A DNA stretch of 64,000 bases, from assembly GCF_963921235.1 (NCBI RefSeq), contig NC_086097.1, positions 73,906,001 to 73,970,000 of the forward strand, written 5' to 3'. This document shows positions 61,410-64,000 of the stretch, piece after piece. The translations under genes were made by a program, and so were the position numbers. The notes under the pieces are model-generated. The model saw only the letters and a list, made by a program, of their open reading frames with translations. It did not search any database and was not told the origin of the DNA. Every line of letters begins with the position of its first letter. Position 1 is the stretch's first letter. The DNA comes from Mobula hypostoma. Taxonomy: Eukaryota.

Positions 61410-63050
61410 GGGGCCTTCTGAGTATAAGAGATTCAGATGGGGCAGAATTTGTTAGGTGCATTGCGGAGGGCTTCTTTAATCAATATGTAGGATAGTCCAA
61501 TGAGAGGTGTGTGGTAATGAGCCTGGCCAGGTGACTTTCAGAGGGTGAGCAGTTAGAGAACAGTGACTACAACTCATTAAGTTTTAACATAGCTATAGAT
61601 AAGAATAAGTATGCATCTTGCAGGAGAGTATTAAACTGGAGCAGGCAAAGTATGAGAGTATTAGGCAGGAACTAATTGGGAACATCTGGTTTTGGATAAG
61701 TCCACATCTGACATGTGGAGGGTGTTTAAAGACCAACTGCACAGAGTAGAGGACAGGTATGCTCAGTCAGAAGGAAGGACAAGGATAACAAGGTAAGAGA
61801 ACTTTGGATGTTGACAGAGGTAATGAATTTAGTCAAAAAGGAATATAATGCACAGCTAATGAAGCTAGAAACAAACAGAGCTCTTGAGGATTGTAAATAA
61901 GTAAAAAAAAAGAACTCAAGAAGAGAACTAGGAAAGCCAAGAGGGGCCATGAAAAGTCCTTGGCAAGTGAAATTAAAGAGAATCCCAAGGCAGTCTATAC
62001 ATATGTACATCAAGTGAAAGAGGACAACTAAGGAGAGGGTAGGGGCACTCGAACAAAAGGGGAGAACATTAGCTTGGATGCAGATGTGGTCCTTAATGAG
62101 TACTTTACATCAGTATTTACCAAGGAGAAGGATGTGGAGGTCAGGGAGATCAGTCTGATGTACTGATATGCTAGGGCATTTTGGGGTAAAGGCGGAAATA
62201 GTGTTGGTTCTTTTAAAGAGCATTAAAGTGGATGTCCCCAGGGCCTGATTGGGTATGCTCCTCGTTATTGAGAGGCAAGAGAAGAGGTTGCTGGGGCCTT
62301 GACCAATATATTTGTGTCCTCTCTAGCCATAGGTGAGGTCCTGGAAGACTGGTAATTACCTAATTTTGTTCCATCATTCAAGAAGGGAACCGAGGATAAT
62401 CCTGGAAACTATAGACCTATGAGTCTCAAATCAGTGGTAGGGAAGTAGCTGGAGAGAATTCCTGGGGATAGGATTTATGAGCAAGTCGAAAACCATGGCC
62501 TAATTAGGGAGAGCCAGAGTGGTTTTGTGCGGGGCAAGATGTATATTATTAACTTGAATGAGTTTTGTGATGAGGTGACTAGGGTGATTGATGAAGGTAG
62601 GAGATAAGCCTGAAGGCACACACTGAGCGATTCAGGAACAGCTTCTTCCCCTCTCTCATCCAATTCCTAAATGCACATTGAAGCTTTGGACACTACCTCA
62701 CTTTTTTTGATATGCAGTATTTCTGTTTTTGCACATTAAAAAAAATATTCAATATACATTATTTATTTATTATGTATGTTTTATTTTATTTATTATTATT
62801 ATTATTTTTTATTTCTCTCCTAGATTATGTGTTGCATTAAACTGCTGCTGCTAAGTTAACAAATTTCACGTCACATGCCGGTGATACTAAAACTGATTCT
62901 GATTCTGATTAGAGCTGTAGACGTAGACAAGGTGTTTGACAAGGTTCCTTATGGGAGCTCATCCAGAAGATTAGGATGCATGGGATCCTTGGTGAATTAA
63001 CCATTTGGATTTAGACCTGGCTTGCCCATAGTAGGCAGAGGGTCTTAAAT
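61410..63050 (+). mobile_element. Decayed CR1 ORF2 with a Rex1 3' tail fragment inserted at about 62605-62910
   Basis: Remnants of EDW..NFVPSFKKG..NPGNYRPMSL and GFVRGK. The insert ends in (gattct)n. Confidence 0.8.
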
Positions 63051-63424
63051 GTATTTGATGATGTAGCCTCAACTGCTTCCCTGGGCAGATAATTCCACAG
63101 TAATTGATTCACTACTCACTGTGAAGAGTAATATTCAAAGTTCAAAGTAAACTTATTATCAAAGTACATACATGTCCTCATATACAATCTGACAGAGGGT
63201 AATGTCTCAGTGGATGAGACCTCTGGCATGATCTCTTTGAATGCAGCTATGGCATTCTTTCTGATTAGCAATGTGACACCTCATTCTCTTTTACCACCTT
63301 CTCTATCGTGTCTAAAACATAAACATCCTGGAACGCTGAGCTGCCAGTTCTGTCGCTCTGATAATCATGCCTGTAATAGTCACAACATCATAGTTCCAAA
63401 CATTGATGCAGGCTGGAATACTCC

Positions 63425-64000
63425 TGTTGTGTATGTGGCCTGGCTACACAACAATGCAATTAATAAAAACGCTGGAGACGGGAGCTAAGGTTCATGGTTC
63501 TTTACTGGCAGAAACCGAACTTGGCACATATGTACAGATCAATACGCACCTAATAGCAAATGCTCAATATGCGCCTAATAACGCATTCAACGACATGTTA
63601 CTAAAACATAAAGTAGTCCCTTGTATACTGTAGGTTATACGGTATACTCCTCACCTTTTATTTTAGTAGTGGATCAACTGGAGCACTATGCTAAACAAAT
63701 ATGTTTACCCTCAACATACAAACACCTACTATTTGTTTACTTAGTAACTTAATATCAAATAAGAACAAAGTAACATAATAATATCAAATTATAACAAGCC
63801 TTTTTTTTAACTTCTGGTCTAAGACCCACTTATAACTCAAGTCTCTGGGGGGGGGGTCTTCTCTGCCTCTCCGGGTAACGTCTGTCAATAAACCTATTTG
63901 TTTTAATACAGATTTCCATATAAAAGTCATGAAAAGTTGACCTCTGAGGATAGGGAGTTAAGAAGATGTGTACCTCCAACTTTAAGAGTTCTAGGCAGCA
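63425..64000 (-). mobile_element. 3' end of a Gypsy-like LTR retrotransposon (pol C-terminus, PPT, 3' LTR at about 63425-63646), continuing beyond the window
   Basis: Minus strand 63886-63830 reads DRRYPERQRRPPPQRLEL*, a basic RYPxRxRxPP tail typical of Gypsy pol. Purine tract aaaaggtgaggag at 63659-63647. The LTR ends in acaaca and contains agtaaa. Confidence 0.65.

Noticed and set aside
29389..64000. Search for the preceding dph6 exons (for example a WAPANIGPYSQ-type motif)
   Set aside because: Not found in the unique segments, so presumably beyond the right edge.

Overview
Eukaryotic, AT-rich, repeat-dominated DNA whose repeat content points to a cartilaginous fish, probably a ray (inference from the CR1, Rex1, Penelope-like and DeuSINE families present). 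The only host coding sequence I can support is one 391-nt minus-strand internal exon (28998-29388). It encodes the end of a Rid/YjgF-fold domain plus about 100 further residues and matches the C-terminal extension of long-form diphthine-ammonia ligase (dph6). The rest of the window is therefore most likely two very large dph6 introns. They are filled with nested CR1, Rex1/Babar, L2-like, L1 and Penelope-like retroelements, Tc1 and pogo-like DNA transposons, SINEs, a solo LTR and the end of a Gypsy element. Repeat-poor islands between them carry PBX-HOX/MEIS motifs, which fits the DPH6-CDIN1-MEIS2 regulatory neighbourhood known from other vertebrates. Highlights: (1) the Rid pseudo-enzyme exon; (2) several tiny Penelope-derived fold-back insertions with target-site duplications and minimal hammerhead ribozyme cores, one a perfect 90-bp palindrome; (3) a 536-bp non-coding retroposon recalling marsupial RTE-derived SINEs; (4) a young CR1 truncated almost exactly at the position homologous to its insertion site in an older, oppositely oriented CR1. 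No rRNA, true tRNA gene or CRISPR array was seen. Family names come from motif recognition, not database searches, and boundaries of decayed elements are approximate.
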